A model generated the notes under the pieces. The model made no database searches and was not told the origin of the DNA. It worked only from the letters and a program-made list of their open reading frames with translations. A stretch of DNA of 36,271 nucleotides, from NCBI GenBank assembly GCA_964366795.1, contig CAYIUX010000002.1:1-36271 (forward strand), read 5' to 3'. The number at the start of each line of letters is the position of its first letter. Position 1 is the first letter of the stretch. Positions 8,810-17,762 of this stretch are shown one piece after another. Source of the DNA: an uncultured Gammaproteobacteria bacterium (GTDB taxonomy: Bacteria > Patescibacteriota > Microgenomatia > PFEM01 > CAYIUX01). A program made the position numbers and the translations under genes.

Positions 8810-9874
8810 TTATTGCACAGCAACAAGCTTGCTTATTTTTTGACAAAAAATTTTTTCACTAAACCCTTGACTGTCTTTAATTGCTTGACCGGCTAGTTTT
8901 TGACGTAAATTTTCGGATTTAATTAATTGAAGGGAGAGTTCTTTTAATTGGTCTTTAGTTTTCCAGAGAAACCCATTAATTTTATCAGTCACTATCTCTG
9001 GAATTCCTCCCTGACTGATAACAATTGGCACGCAGCCGGCTGCCATCGCTTCAACCACGGTAATGCCAAAATGTTCCATTTTTTCAGGATGTTTTATTTC
9101 ATCTTCACCAAATCCGGTTGCGTGCCAATAAATCTTTGATTCACCGTAATATTTTCTTAATCTCTCATAACTAATATTAGTTAATATTTTAATGGGGTAG
9201 CCGGTGATTTTCTCTCTTAACTTACTAACATAATCATTTTTTTCTTCTACCCCACCGATAAGAATCAGCTCCCAATTCTTTAAATCTCCTTTAACCACTC
9301 TTTGAAAGGTTTCAATCAAGATATCCTGTCTTTTGTTATGAAGGGCTTTGGTAAACCTGCCGACTGAAAGGATAATATTTTTCTTTTTTAGGGACTTGAA
9401 ATCTTCTATTGAAACTGGCGGGTAAATAATTTCACTTTCCACCCCATATTCTTTATCAATAAGCTTCTTAGTAAATTTGGAGATAGAAATAACTCGATTA
9501 ATTTTTATAAGTTTAACTCTATTTAACAAACCGTGTCCTTGAACATTAATGAAAGGAACCAAAAACAGAAGATAATTTCTTTTCCCAAACAAAAACGGAA
9601 TACTACCATCAGATAAATAAAATATTACATCGTATTTTCGAGTAATTTTCCATCTTTCGAGTAAATTTCTTCTTGGGTAAAAAATGTCCTCAACAAAATT
9701 TACTCGATTAAGACTAATGCCTAATTGTTTTTCTATCTTCGACTTTATTGCTTTATCATTCCAAAAAATATCTACTTCGTAACCTTTCTGGCTCAAATAC
9801 TTAGCCAGAGTCATCACGTATCGCTCGCCTCCACCAAGAATATTAAGATATGGGTCGTAAATGCCGGCTTTCAT
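8810..9874 (-). CDS. GT4 (GT-B, retaining) glycosyltransferase
   Basis: 354-aa soluble ORF. C-terminal E-x7-E region EHFGITVVEAMAAGCVPIV, GGIPEIV. ATGA overlap with the upstream stop at 9871; abuts the next gene with zero spacer. Confidence 0.85.
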   Translation of the reverse strand: MKAGIYDPYLNILGGGERYVMTLAKYLSQKGYEVDIFWNDKAIKSKIEKQLGISLNRVNFVEDIFYPRRNLLERWKITRKYDVIFYLSDGSIPFLFGKRNYLLFLVPFINVQGHGLLNRVKLIKINRVISISKFTKKLIDKEYGVESEIIYPPVSIEDFKSLKKKNIILSVGRFTKALHNKRQDILIETFQRVVKGDLKNWELILIGGVEEKNDYVSKLREKITGYPIKILTNISYERLRKYYGESKIYWHATGFGEDEIKHPEKMEHFGITVVEAMAAGCVPIVISQGGIPEIVTDKINGFLWKTKDQLKELSLQLIKSENLRQKLAGQAIKDSQGFSEKIFCQKISKLVAVQ

Positions 9875-12198
9875 TTGTTTTTCAGTTTTGGGATTAAAAA
9901 AGCCAACAGTCCAATTAATGCTAAAGACACAATACTAATCATCAAGCCTATTTTAAAAGAAGGTGAGTTATAGAAAAACCTAATCTTATGTTCCCCGGTG
10001 GGAACCGAAACTGCCCGGAAAGTATAATTCGCTCGGTAAATTTCCTGAGGTTTATTATCAACTGATGCTTTCCAGCCGGGATAGAAATTATCCGAAAGAA
10101 ATAAAAATCCAGGCTCGGAAGTCTTAACATCAATGTCTATTATGGTTGGACTATAATTAATAATATTCACCTCTCCTTGTTCTCTCCCGGCCTGTTTCGA
10201 TGATGTAATTCCTGGCTGTTCTTCCAAAACAACAGTTTTGCCTAAATCGAAATCGGAAGCTAACATTTGATTCATAATTGCCTGGTCCTCTTTAATCACT
10301 TTAAAATCATAAACCAAAAATGCTCTAGATAAAGCTTTGTTATTTTGATAAACCTCATGCTTTTCATCCCTATAAATTAATTCAAACTGATTGGGATATT
10401 GCCAAAAGGGAAAAGCCCAAATATTTCTTCCGTCGCTTATGGTGTGAAGAATATATTTTACTCCCAAAAGGTTTAAAATTTTTTCGGTATAAAAACCATT
10501 TTTATTAAGATAAACGGTCGAGCGGGCCAGCTCACCAATCTTTCTATCTCCGGCAGTGGTAATAAATTCACCATAGCGTTTAATATATAGCGGATCATAT
10601 CCTTCAACACTGGGAATATGAAAATAAGTTTGGGTCTCGGTCCCAAAATTGCCAAAAACCCGATCGACACCGGCAGTTTTTTCTTCCAAAAACTTAATTA
10701 GCGAAGTTTCAGGATATACATAATTGCGGGAATCAAATGGCATCCATTTTTTGGCAAAACGCAAAAGATCAAGAACCGTAAGAAGCAAGAGAATAACCAT
10801 CAACACTACCCGCCATTTCTTTTTAAACCAAAATCCCAAAACAGTAATTCCAGCAAAGGCAATAAAAATTCCAGTTGGTAAAATAAGATTTCTTTTAGCA
10901 ACCAGGAGCTTTTCCACTGGTAAGGGGTGAAAAAAGAGCAAAACACCCCACGTTCCTAAAAAGAAAATAGTAAATATACTCAAAAAAACAAAAGTTTTTT
11001 TGAAAATCTTTTTGTTCTGCCAATCTTTTATTAACTGGTCCAAACCAAATCCAGCTAGTATTGCTCCGGAAAAACTAAAAAGACTAATAATTCTTGAGGC
11101 AGCGCTTGTAGAAAGAACTGGAATTTTCAATTTGATAATTAAATCTAGAAGTGGGGTTGGCAAAGCCAAGCTTAGGGAAAATATTCCCAATAAAGAAAAA
11201 AACCAAATATGTGAGCTTTGTTTTCTAATAACCGCATAAAAAGCTAAAAGCAGGGGTATTACTCCAATAAATCCTGCCCATTCAGCATAATGACCAAACC
11301 AATCATTTCTAGTGACTGGATTTCCATAAAAATCAGGAGAAAAAAGAGTAATTAGATATTTCCAGGGAATAATCTCGCCTTTAGTAAAAATCCCACTTCT
11401 GGCTGCCTGCTGATAAAATTCCAAAGAGGGTAAAACTTGGAACATCGCCAGAGCTATTCCCAATCCCCAAAAGGCAAACAAAATCCAAGCCTTCCGGAAA
11501 ACAATATAGGCAAAGGTAGCTAGTATTACATAAATGCTAGTTTGAAAATGACCAGAGAAAACAGAAAACGCCACCGAAATACTGATTAAGATAAAGGTCC
11601 ACGTCGATGGCTTATGAACTCCCTTCTCTATCGCATAAAGGGCTAAAGGCAACCATAAAAGAGCATACCCCAAAGTTCCATAAGCCATCCAGACAACAAT
11701 AAAACCACAAAATCCAAAAGCAATGGCACTGGTTAAAGAGCCAATTTTCCCAATTCCCAATTCCCGACAGAAAAGATAGGTAAATAATCCAGCCAAAAAC
11801 GGTTGGAGAAGAACAATCATGCTCCAGGCATCGATTTGAGGCAAAAAGAAAAACAAAAAATTCAAAGGGTGAAATACTCCAGATTGAAAATTAGCTAAAT
11901 GGGGATTGCCAGAAAAATTGTAAGGATTCCATAAAGGCCATTGCCCAAGTTTAAAGGTTTCAATCGTTAAACTTCGCCAAGGATAAATTTGACTAATAAC
12001 ATCTGGCATGGCGGCATTTTTGACCGGCATACCAAAATAAGCATTCCATGGGGCAAACCAAGTCACCAAATAAGTAGAGGCAAAGGGAACCAAACCCTTA
12101 GCCCAATAAGGATAGGCAAAAATCGCTGCCAGGAAAAAAATCACAAGAACTGGCCAAAATTTAACAATTAACTTTTGCGCTTTTGTTGTAATTCCCAT
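9871..12198 (-). CDS. YfhO-like GT-C membrane glycosyltransferase (paralogue 2 of 3)
   Basis: ORF 9871..12336. The first 46 codons overlap the upstream GT2 and look non-coding, so the preferred start is ATG 12198 (MGITTKAQKLIVKFWPVLVIFF). Motifs MPDVISQIYPWRS, FKLGQWPLWNPYNFSGNPHLANFQSG, FYGNP, DNFYPGWKASVDNKPQEIYRANYTFRAVSVPTGEHKIRFFY. Confidence 0.85.
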   Translation of the reverse strand: MGITTKAQKLIVKFWPVLVIFFLAAIFAYPYWAKGLVPFASTYLVTWFAPWNAYFGMPVKNAAMPDVISQIYPWRSLTIETFKLGQWPLWNPYNFSGNPHLANFQSGVFHPLNFLFFFLPQIDAWSMIVLLQPFLAGLFTYLFCRELGIGKIGSLTSAIAFGFCGFIVVWMAYGTLGYALLWLPLALYAIEKGVHKPSTWTFILISISVAFSVFSGHFQTSIYVILATFAYIVFRKAWILFAFWGLGIALAMFQVLPSLEFYQQAARSGIFTKGEIIPWKYLITLFSPDFYGNPVTRNDWFGHYAEWAGFIGVIPLLLAFYAVIRKQSSHIWFFSLLGIFSLSLALPTPLLDLIIKLKIPVLSTSAASRIISLFSFSGAILAGFGLDQLIKDWQNKKIFKKTFVFLSIFTIFFLGTWGVLLFFHPLPVEKLLVAKRNLILPTGIFIAFAGITVLGFWFKKKWRVVLMVILLLLTVLDLLRFAKKWMPFDSRNYVYPETSLIKFLEEKTAGVDRVFGNFGTETQTYFHIPSVEGYDPLYIKRYGEFITTAGDRKIGELARSTVYLNKNGFYTEKILNLLGVKYILHTISDGRNIWAFPFWQYPNQFELIYRDEKHEVYQNNKALSRAFLVYDFKVIKEDQAIMNQMLASDFDLGKTVVLEEQPGITSSKQAGREQGEVNIINYSPTIIDIDVKTSEPGFLFLSDNFYPGWKASVDNKPQEIYRANYTFRAVSVPTGEHKIRFFYNSPSFKIGLMISIVSLALIGLLAFLIPKLKNK

Positions 12199-12935
12199 AG
12201 GCGTCCATAAGTAACAAACCGAGAAAACATTTGAAAAATAATTTCTATCCAACCAACCGTCCCGTCCCGCCAACCCTGAAGCTTCACTCCTCTTAGCCAA
12301 AATTCGTCTAGCATAATTCTCAAGATTCTCCACCAAGTCACTGGAGGATGTCCAGACTTGTATAAAAGTTCTGCTTCAATTTTTGACCATTCTCGTGTTT
12401 TTTCAACCATCGAAGATAAATCACGATGGGCAATATGGACAATCGGATTCTTAAGCTTCCCCATTTCTCCCTCAAAAACTGGGTCCTCATGAAGTTCACC
12501 GACCCATCTCTTAAGTTTTTCTTTCAGGAAAAGCCTTTTGACATAGTCCGGCCAGGCACCGCCATAGTGCATTTCTTTACCAAGATAAAAATTCCTCCTG
12601 GGAATCTTATAGGCAGTAAGATGCTTATTAATACTTTCTTTTATCTCTTTGTGTAATTCTGGCGTCACCCTTTCATCGGCATCTAAATAGAAAACCCAAA
12701 TTCCTTTTGCTTCTTTTAATCCAGCATTTCTCCATTTGGCAAATTCTAGTTTTTCGCTAGGGAGATTAATTATTTTGGCACCGTATTCCTTGGCAATATC
12801 AACCGTTTTATCGGTGGAGCCTGAATCCACTAAAATAATTTCATCCGCCAACTGACGGACTGATTTTAAACAATCCCCAATCATCTGCTCTTCATTTCGA
12901 GCGATGATGATTACTGATAATTTATTATTTTTCAT
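12168..12935 (-). CDS. GT2 glycosyltransferase (WaaE/KdtX-like subgroup), paralogue of 13894..14802
   Basis: 255-aa ORF. Motifs LSVIIIARNEE, ILVDSGSTDKT, FYLDADERV, C-terminal Trp-rich helical tail. Lies directly upstream of a YfhO-like gene. Confidence 0.8.
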   Translation of the reverse strand: MKNNKLSVIIIARNEEQMIGDCLKSVRQLADEIILVDSGSTDKTVDIAKEYGAKIINLPSEKLEFAKWRNAGLKEAKGIWVFYLDADERVTPELHKEIKESINKHLTAYKIPRRNFYLGKEMHYGGAWPDYVKRLFLKEKLKRWVGELHEDPVFEGEMGKLKNPIVHIAHRDLSSMVEKTREWSKIEAELLYKSGHPPVTWWRILRIMLDEFWLRGVKLQGWRDGTVGWIEIIFQMFSRFVTYGRLWELQQKRKS

Positions 12936-12988
12936 TTTTAATCAAAGCGAGAAACAAGCTCTGCTTATTTTTAGCAATAACAATAACG

Positions 12989-13897
12989 CTAATCTTCATA
13001 ACTACCTTTACCAAATTTTCTTAAGTAAAAATCTCTAATTCCTGCTTTCTGCCATTGACGACCAGTAAAAAATAATTTGATGCTCTCCTTGAATAAAGCA
13101 AGTTTTGTTCGCCAAGGAGCATATCCCATCCCAAAGAGCATCCGGTTTCTAGTGAGGTAATAATCCTGAAGCGAGCCACCAACAACGCTGGACCCAGCGT
13201 TAGCATGCCAAAGTTTAGCTTTTGGGGTATAAATAACTCCAAATCTAGCTTTTTTTGCTCTTTGACAAAATTCAACATCCTCAAGATATAAAAAATACCG
13301 CTTATCAAATAAACCAATCTTTTCAAAAACTTCCCGCCTGACAAATATCGCGCACCCTGAAGCAAAATCTGTTTCTGTCTCCTTGTTATATTGTCCACCA
13401 TCCACCTCATCCGCTCCCCGGTGAGACACTAAAACATTATGCCAGTCAATTATTCCTCCAGCATACCAAAAAACTTTTCCTCGTTCATTCTCTTTATAGC
13501 GTTCTTTATGGTATTCATAACCCGGAGCAAAATAAATTTTAGGAGCCAAAATGCCACTTTCATTATTTAAACTGGCCACTTTAAATAATTGGACTACCAG
13601 ATTTTTATCCAAAACCGTGTCGTTATTGACCACAAAAACATAATCAGCACCATCCTGGAGAGCTTTTCTGATACCAACATTATTCCCTTCAGCAAAACCA
13701 AGATTGATGCCAGTGTCCAGAAAGACAAATCCACTAAATCTTTTTTTAAGACTTTCCAAATTTTCTTTAGGATTATTATTAACCACAATTGTTTGTAGTT
13801 TGAAGCTTGCCGTTTGAAGTTTTTTGACCGATTCAAGACAACCTAAGGTCAATTTTTGGTTAATAAAATGGAGAATGACAATGGCAACTTTTTTCAT
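12989..13897 (-). CDS. GT2 glycosyltransferase (WbbL/rhamnosyltransferase-like subgroup)
   Basis: 302-aa ORF. Motifs VAIVILHFIN, GFAEGNNVG, VFVVNNDT, LEDVEFCQRA. ATGA overlap with the upstream stop at 13894. Confidence 0.85.
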   Translation of the reverse strand: MKKVAIVILHFINQKLTLGCLESVKKLQTASFKLQTIVVNNNPKENLESLKKRFSGFVFLDTGINLGFAEGNNVGIRKALQDGADYVFVVNNDTVLDKNLVVQLFKVASLNNESGILAPKIYFAPGYEYHKERYKENERGKVFWYAGGIIDWHNVLVSHRGADEVDGGQYNKETETDFASGCAIFVRREVFEKIGLFDKRYFLYLEDVEFCQRAKKARFGVIYTPKAKLWHANAGSSVVGGSLQDYYLTRNRMLFGMGYAPWRTKLALFKESIKLFFTGRQWQKAGIRDFYLRKFGKGSYED

Positions 13898-14802
13898 TTC
13901 ATCAGGCGGCGTTTAATCTTAAAGATTATCTTTTTGAAAGGATTCCTTTCCTCGTTTATTCGGCTGGTTAAAAACCAATACTGCAGTTCCTGCCCTACCT
14001 TAAAAAATTCCTTCTCCGTCTTTTCCAAAAATTTTTCTTCTTTAATCTCTTTAAATCCTTGAATTTCCCAAACCTTGGCAAAAGTAACGAAAATAGAAAA
14101 AGCCTGAAGCATACTCAAAACCAAACCATGTAAACCATCTTTATAACCCCCTTCACGGAAAAACCTTTTTAGAAATTCATTGACTGGAAAACGAATCGCA
14201 TCATGCCATTCCACTTTTTTTCCTTCAGCTAAAAAGACATTTTTATCATTTTCGCTATAAAGGTCATTTAATCTTTTAACAAATTGTAAAATGGTTTGAT
14301 AATTATAATGAATTAGGGGATTTTTTAAGTGGCCTGCCTTGCCTGAAAGCTTTGGTTGTTCATGAACGCTCTCGCAGGGAAGATGGGCTTTCCCCCGCTT
14401 GAATAATCGCAGTTGATAATCTGGATGCCAGCCGGCGTGTTGAATCCATTTACCAAAAATAATATTTTTCCTGGGAATCCAATACCCAGCGTATAGCGTA
14501 GAGCGTATAGCGTCTAGTATTTCTTTTTTCAGTTTCGGCGTTACCCGTTCATCAGCGTCAAGATATAAAATCCAATCGCTGGTGGCTGCCTCAAAGGCTT
14601 TTTGCTTGTTGATATGAAACATTAAAGGATTCTCTCTGACAATGATTTTTGAGGCGTACTTTTTAGCAATCTCAACCGTTTTGTCACTACTTGTGCCATC
14701 AACAATGACAATCTCATCCGCTAGCTGGCGGACTGATTCCAGACAATCCTTAATGTTTTTCTCCTCGTTAAAGGTTGCCAAACAAACCGAGATTTTACTC
14801 AT
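13894..14802 (-). CDS. GT2 glycosyltransferase (WaaE/KdtX-like subgroup)
   Basis: 302-aa ORF. Motifs ISVCLATFNEE, VIVDGTSSDKT, LYLDADERV. ATGAGTAA 8-nt overlap with the flippase stop at 14795. Confidence 0.85.
   Translation of the reverse strand: MSKISVCLATFNEEKNIKDCLESVRQLADEIVIVDGTSSDKTVEIAKKYASKIIVRENPLMFHINKQKAFEAATSDWILYLDADERVTPKLKKEILDAIRSTLYAGYWIPRKNIIFGKWIQHAGWHPDYQLRLFKRGKAHLPCESVHEQPKLSGKAGHLKNPLIHYNYQTILQFVKRLNDLYSENDKNVFLAEGKKVEWHDAIRFPVNEFLKRFFREGGYKDGLHGLVLSMLQAFSIFVTFAKVWEIQGFKEIKEEKFLEKTEKEFFKVGQELQYWFLTSRINEERNPFKKIIFKIKRRLMK
14488..14515. repeat. Imperfect heptanucleotide tandem tract, 4 units (AGCGTAT AGCGTAG AGCGTAT AGCGTCT)
   Basis: Read directly. Encodes DAIRSTLYA inside the soluble GT2 13894..14802. 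Confidence 0.75.
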
Positions 14803-16264
14803 TTTTTATCACCCCCAAAACCAAGTTTTTGGCTTCAAAAATCTTTTTTCTAGCTAAAAGCAACATAATTGCCAAATAAATTATAGCACCCAAAAGAACC
14901 GCTAGAGCTATTCCCCAAAGATTTCTAACCACTAAGGGGGCAATCAACCAAAGCATCCCCCCCATAATTAGGGCACCCAAAAGAGGCTTGCCAACATTAT
15001 CCCACAAAGAAAAATCAATAATTCTTTTAACCAACCAGATTGGCAAAACCACAGTCGCGGCCACTAGAACCGCCGCTGGAGCAACGCCGTTGAAACCCCA
15101 AAAATAAATGAAAATTGGGGTAAAAATCCAGGTTAAAATTGTCCAAAAAATCATTAATTTAAGAGTTGTTTTAATTCGCCCGGTAGCATTCAAAACATTT
15201 GTCAGAATAGTGGAAACACAAGCAAATGAAGCCTGAAGACAGAAAAAGTAAAGCGCCATTAAAGCTGGCTGCCATTTTATATAGCGCGGTAAGAATTCTA
15301 CCAATGAGGAAGCTAAAACAGCTAGACCAAATAAAGCAGGAAAAGTTAAAAAGCAAACGGCAAAAAGAGCTTTTTCAATTCCTGCCCGGAGAGCGGATAA
15401 GTTATCCTGAAGTCGGGCATAAGCCGGAAAAGTAACTTTAATGACATTGTCCATGATAAAACGGAGGGGCATGTTTGCCCATTTCTGAGCCCAGCCTATA
15501 AATCCAACCTGACTAAAGGGTAAAATCTTACCTAAAAAAACAGTTAAAAGATCGTCTTTCGCTAAAGCCAAAAGACTATTGGCTTGAAAAGGAACCCCAA
15601 ACGAGAGAAGCCTTTTGGCGCTCGATTTGTCAAGAGCAAACCCTGGTACCCAAGGAGAAACAACATACATCAGAATAAGCCCGACTATTCCCCGAGCTAA
15701 AACTGCCCAGGTAAAACTAGCCACTCCAGTTCCTTTCCAGGCAAGAAAAACAGCGACGATATTAAAAATTATGGTTTCTCCAATTTGAGGAACAATTAGA
15801 CGACCAAAATCCAATCTTCGTTCTAAAATAACTGAAGGAATAGTTTTTAAAGAAGACAAGAAAAAGGATACAACCAGAGCCCGAAAAAGCCAAAGTCCAG
15901 CTGGGCTTAATTTATAAAAAATCGCCAATCGAGTTGAACCTAAAAGAGCAACAATAACCAAAAAAACAACCAATATCTGTTGAATTGTAAAGGTTGTTTT
16001 TAAATCAGAATCAGTCAATTTTTCTTTTTTTTGAATCAGAGCGGCGGCTAGACCAATATCAGAAAAATAATTTAAAAAATTAACAACGGCAGTAACAACA
16101 AAAAAGACTCCAAAAACCTCGGGGACCAAAAATACCGTCAAAAGAAACATCGAGAAAAAATTTACCAATTGAAGAAAAAATGTCCGCGAGGTCAAAGCAA
16201 CTACCCCAACTACCGAGCGTTTTTTAATCATTTCTAGCCCTATTTCTTCCATGGCTATGCTCAT
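14795..16264 (-). CDS. Wzx/MOP-superfamily flippase (polysaccharide biosynthesis protein family)
   Basis: 489-aa ORF with roughly 12-14 hydrophobic segments. The length and N-terminal layout (KKRSVVGVVALTSRTFFLQLVNFFSMFLLTVFLVPEVFG) are typical of Polysacc_synt-type lipid-linked-glycan flippases. It is the first gene of the 16264->1 minus-strand run. Start 16264, 16252 or 16231. Confidence 0.7.
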   Translation of the reverse strand: MSIAMEEIGLEMIKKRSVVGVVALTSRTFFLQLVNFFSMFLLTVFLVPEVFGVFFVVTAVVNFLNYFSDIGLAAALIQKKEKLTDSDLKTTFTIQQILVVFLVIVALLGSTRLAIFYKLSPAGLWLFRALVVSFFLSSLKTIPSVILERRLDFGRLIVPQIGETIIFNIVAVFLAWKGTGVASFTWAVLARGIVGLILMYVVSPWVPGFALDKSSAKRLLSFGVPFQANSLLALAKDDLLTVFLGKILPFSQVGFIGWAQKWANMPLRFIMDNVIKVTFPAYARLQDNLSALRAGIEKALFAVCFLTFPALFGLAVLASSLVEFLPRYIKWQPALMALYFFCLQASFACVSTILTNVLNATGRIKTTLKLMIFWTILTWIFTPIFIYFWGFNGVAPAAVLVAATVVLPIWLVKRIIDFSLWDNVGKPLLGALIMGGMLWLIAPLVVRNLWGIALAVLLGAIIYLAIMLLLARKKIFEAKNLVLGVIKNE

Positions 16265-16298
16265 TATATGCTAAACTAGGGATAAAAGTAAAAAAATC
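16265..16298. promoter_or_regulatory. 34-bp divergent spacer between the flippase-led minus-strand run and the plus-strand DUF2079-like gene
   Basis: This is one of only two places in the window where divergent transcription must start. A TAAACT -10-like hexamer lies at 16272..16277. No convincing -35 was seen; promoter elements probably extend into the flanking coding sequence. Confidence 0.25.
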
Positions 16299-17762
16299 AT
16301 GAAACAAAAACTATTTGATTTCGCTTCTGTTTTCGCCTGTCTTTTTTACGGAATAAGCTTTAGTCTGATTAACATTGCCCGTTTCCGCCAGTTTCAAAGT
16401 TTTTATTATGATTTTGGTATTTTCGCTAGGGTAATTTATCAACTTTCCAGGTTCAAAGCGCCAATAATTGACCATTATACTTTCGGGTTAATCAATGCGT
16501 TTGCCGACCATTTTAATCCTGGGATTGTGATTTTTTCTCCTCTTTTTTGGTTCACCAATAATCCAGAGATATTACTCGTTGTTCAGGTAATTTTTGTCGC
16601 CCTTTCTGGCTATATGCTTTATTTGACCAGTAAAGTTTTAACTAAAAATAGTTTTTTCTCTTTCGGCGTCACCCTTCCTTATCTTCTTTTTCTAGGTCTA
16701 CAAAATGCCTTAATTGCTGATTTTCATCCTGAAGTCGCTGCCCTGTTACCTATCTCTCTTTCTTTATATTTTTTAGCAAAAAAGAAAATTTTTCTCTATT
16801 TTCTATTTCTAATCATCAGTTTCACTTTTAAAGAAAGCATCGCTCTATTCGCCCTTTATCTTGGTATTTTTCTTATCCTTACTCGTCAATATAAAATTGG
16901 GGTTTTAACTCTTTTTAGTGGAATTACGTGGTTGGGGATAACCACCAAATTTCTTATTCCTTTATTTTCTCCAGAAAACCGCTACTTTTATGCTCCTCAT
17001 TATCCTCTTAATCCTTTAAAATTAATTATAAATGTAGCCGATGAAGCGATGGAAAGAAAAACTTTGCTCACTTCCCTTGCCTCTTTCTCCTTCCTTCCTC
17101 TTTTTGCTCCCCAGGCGTGGATTCTAGCCTTTGGTGATTTTATTGCCAGATTTGCCCCTGAATCTTCGGTTTTTGGCAATAAAGACCTAACCATGCATTA
17201 TAGTGCCATTGCCGCCATTGGTTTAGCCTTTGCCACCATTGGGGCTTATCCTATTCTTAAACGCCTTGGGCAAAAGATAGTTTCATTCTTTTGTCTGACT
17301 TTAATTTTCGTTCCTCTAATTTTATCTAGCCGACCAGTTTTAAATGGGCCACTCAATTTAATTTACAATCCGGATTTTTTCCGCTCAATTAAAAATCACC
17401 AAAAGACTGAATTGTTTCTTACTCAGATACCAAAAGAAGGAATAATTATGACTCATAATTCCTTAGCAGTTCGCTTTCCAGATCGAGACTTATTGCTTTT
17501 GCGTCAAGAATATCCCTGTTATCAGCCGGATTTAATTCTCATCAACGCCGAAGCAGGTCAAAATCCCAACAATTTCTGGGAATTAAATTACGATAACGTT
17601 GGGCAAATAATCCAAAAACTTAAAGGAGACACTGACTATAAACTTAGCTATCAGCAAAACAACAAATATATCTTTTCAAGAATCACTGAGCACAGGGGAG
17701 ACTTCAGTCGTCAAGGAATTCTAAGGTGCACCGCCGAATTTAAATCTTCTCCGGTTAAGTAA
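16299..17762 (+). CDS. DUF2079-like polytopic membrane protein (GT-C-like); activity unassigned
   Basis: 487-aa ORF. N-terminal RFRQFQSFYYDFGIFARVIYQ...ADHFNPGIVIFSPLFW resembles the DLGIF...HF.P signature I recall for DUF2079. About 10 hydrophobic segments plus a C-terminal soluble domain. One of only two plus-strand genes. Confidence 0.55.
   Translation: MKQKLFDFASVFACLFYGISFSLINIARFRQFQSFYYDFGIFARVIYQLSRFKAPIIDHYTFGLINAFADHFNPGIVIFSPLFWFTNNPEILLVVQVIFVALSGYMLYLTSKVLTKNSFFSFGVTLPYLLFLGLQNALIADFHPEVAALLPISLSLYFLAKKKIFLYFLFLIISFTFKESIALFALYLGIFLILTRQYKIGVLTLFSGITWLGITTKFLIPLFSPENRYFYAPHYPLNPLKLIINVADEAMERKTLLTSLASFSFLPLFAPQAWILAFGDFIARFAPESSVFGNKDLTMHYSAIAAIGLAFATIGAYPILKRLGQKIVSFFCLTLIFVPLILSSRPVLNGPLNLIYNPDFFRSIKNHQKTELFLTQIPKEGIIMTHNSLAVRFPDRDLLLLRQEYPCYQPDLILINAEAGQNPNNFWELNYDNVGQIIQKLKGDTDYKLSYQQNNKYIFSRITEHRGDFSRQGILRCTAEFKSSPVK

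Noticed and set aside
11748-11768. Weaker period-7 patterns: TCCCAAT x2 + TCCCGAC in YfhO-like 2 (encoding ELGIGKIG) and TTCTCTA TTTTCTA TTTCTAA at 16792..16812 in the DUF2079-like gene
   Set aside because: They have only two perfect units, or three degenerate ones. That is within what biased codon usage could produce by chance, so they are not counted as tracts, although they may belong to the same phenomenon.
12199-12336. 46-codon N-terminal extension of the YfhO-like ORF (MVENLENYARRILAKRSEASG...)
   Set aside because: It overlaps the C-terminal 56 codons of the GT2 gene 12168..12935 in another frame. It has no counterpart in the two YfhO-like paralogues, which start a few residues before the first TM helix. 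ATG 12198 restores that layout.
12936-12988. Imperfect hairpin (AAGCAGAG-CTTGTTT-CTCGCTT on the minus strand) in the largest minus-strand spacer, considered as an internal terminator
   Set aside because: The stem is only 7 bp with a bulge, and no U-tract follows it on the transcribed strand (it is followed by TGATTAAAAATG). I could not find a convincing -35/-10 pair either. It may be a processing or weak attenuation site, but the sequence alone does not support a call.
13021-13410. 129-aa alternative-frame ORF on the same strand inside GT2 12989..13897
   Set aside because: The overlapping frame carries all GT-A motifs, while this frame gives no recognisable domain. It is most simply a chance open frame in AT-rich DNA.
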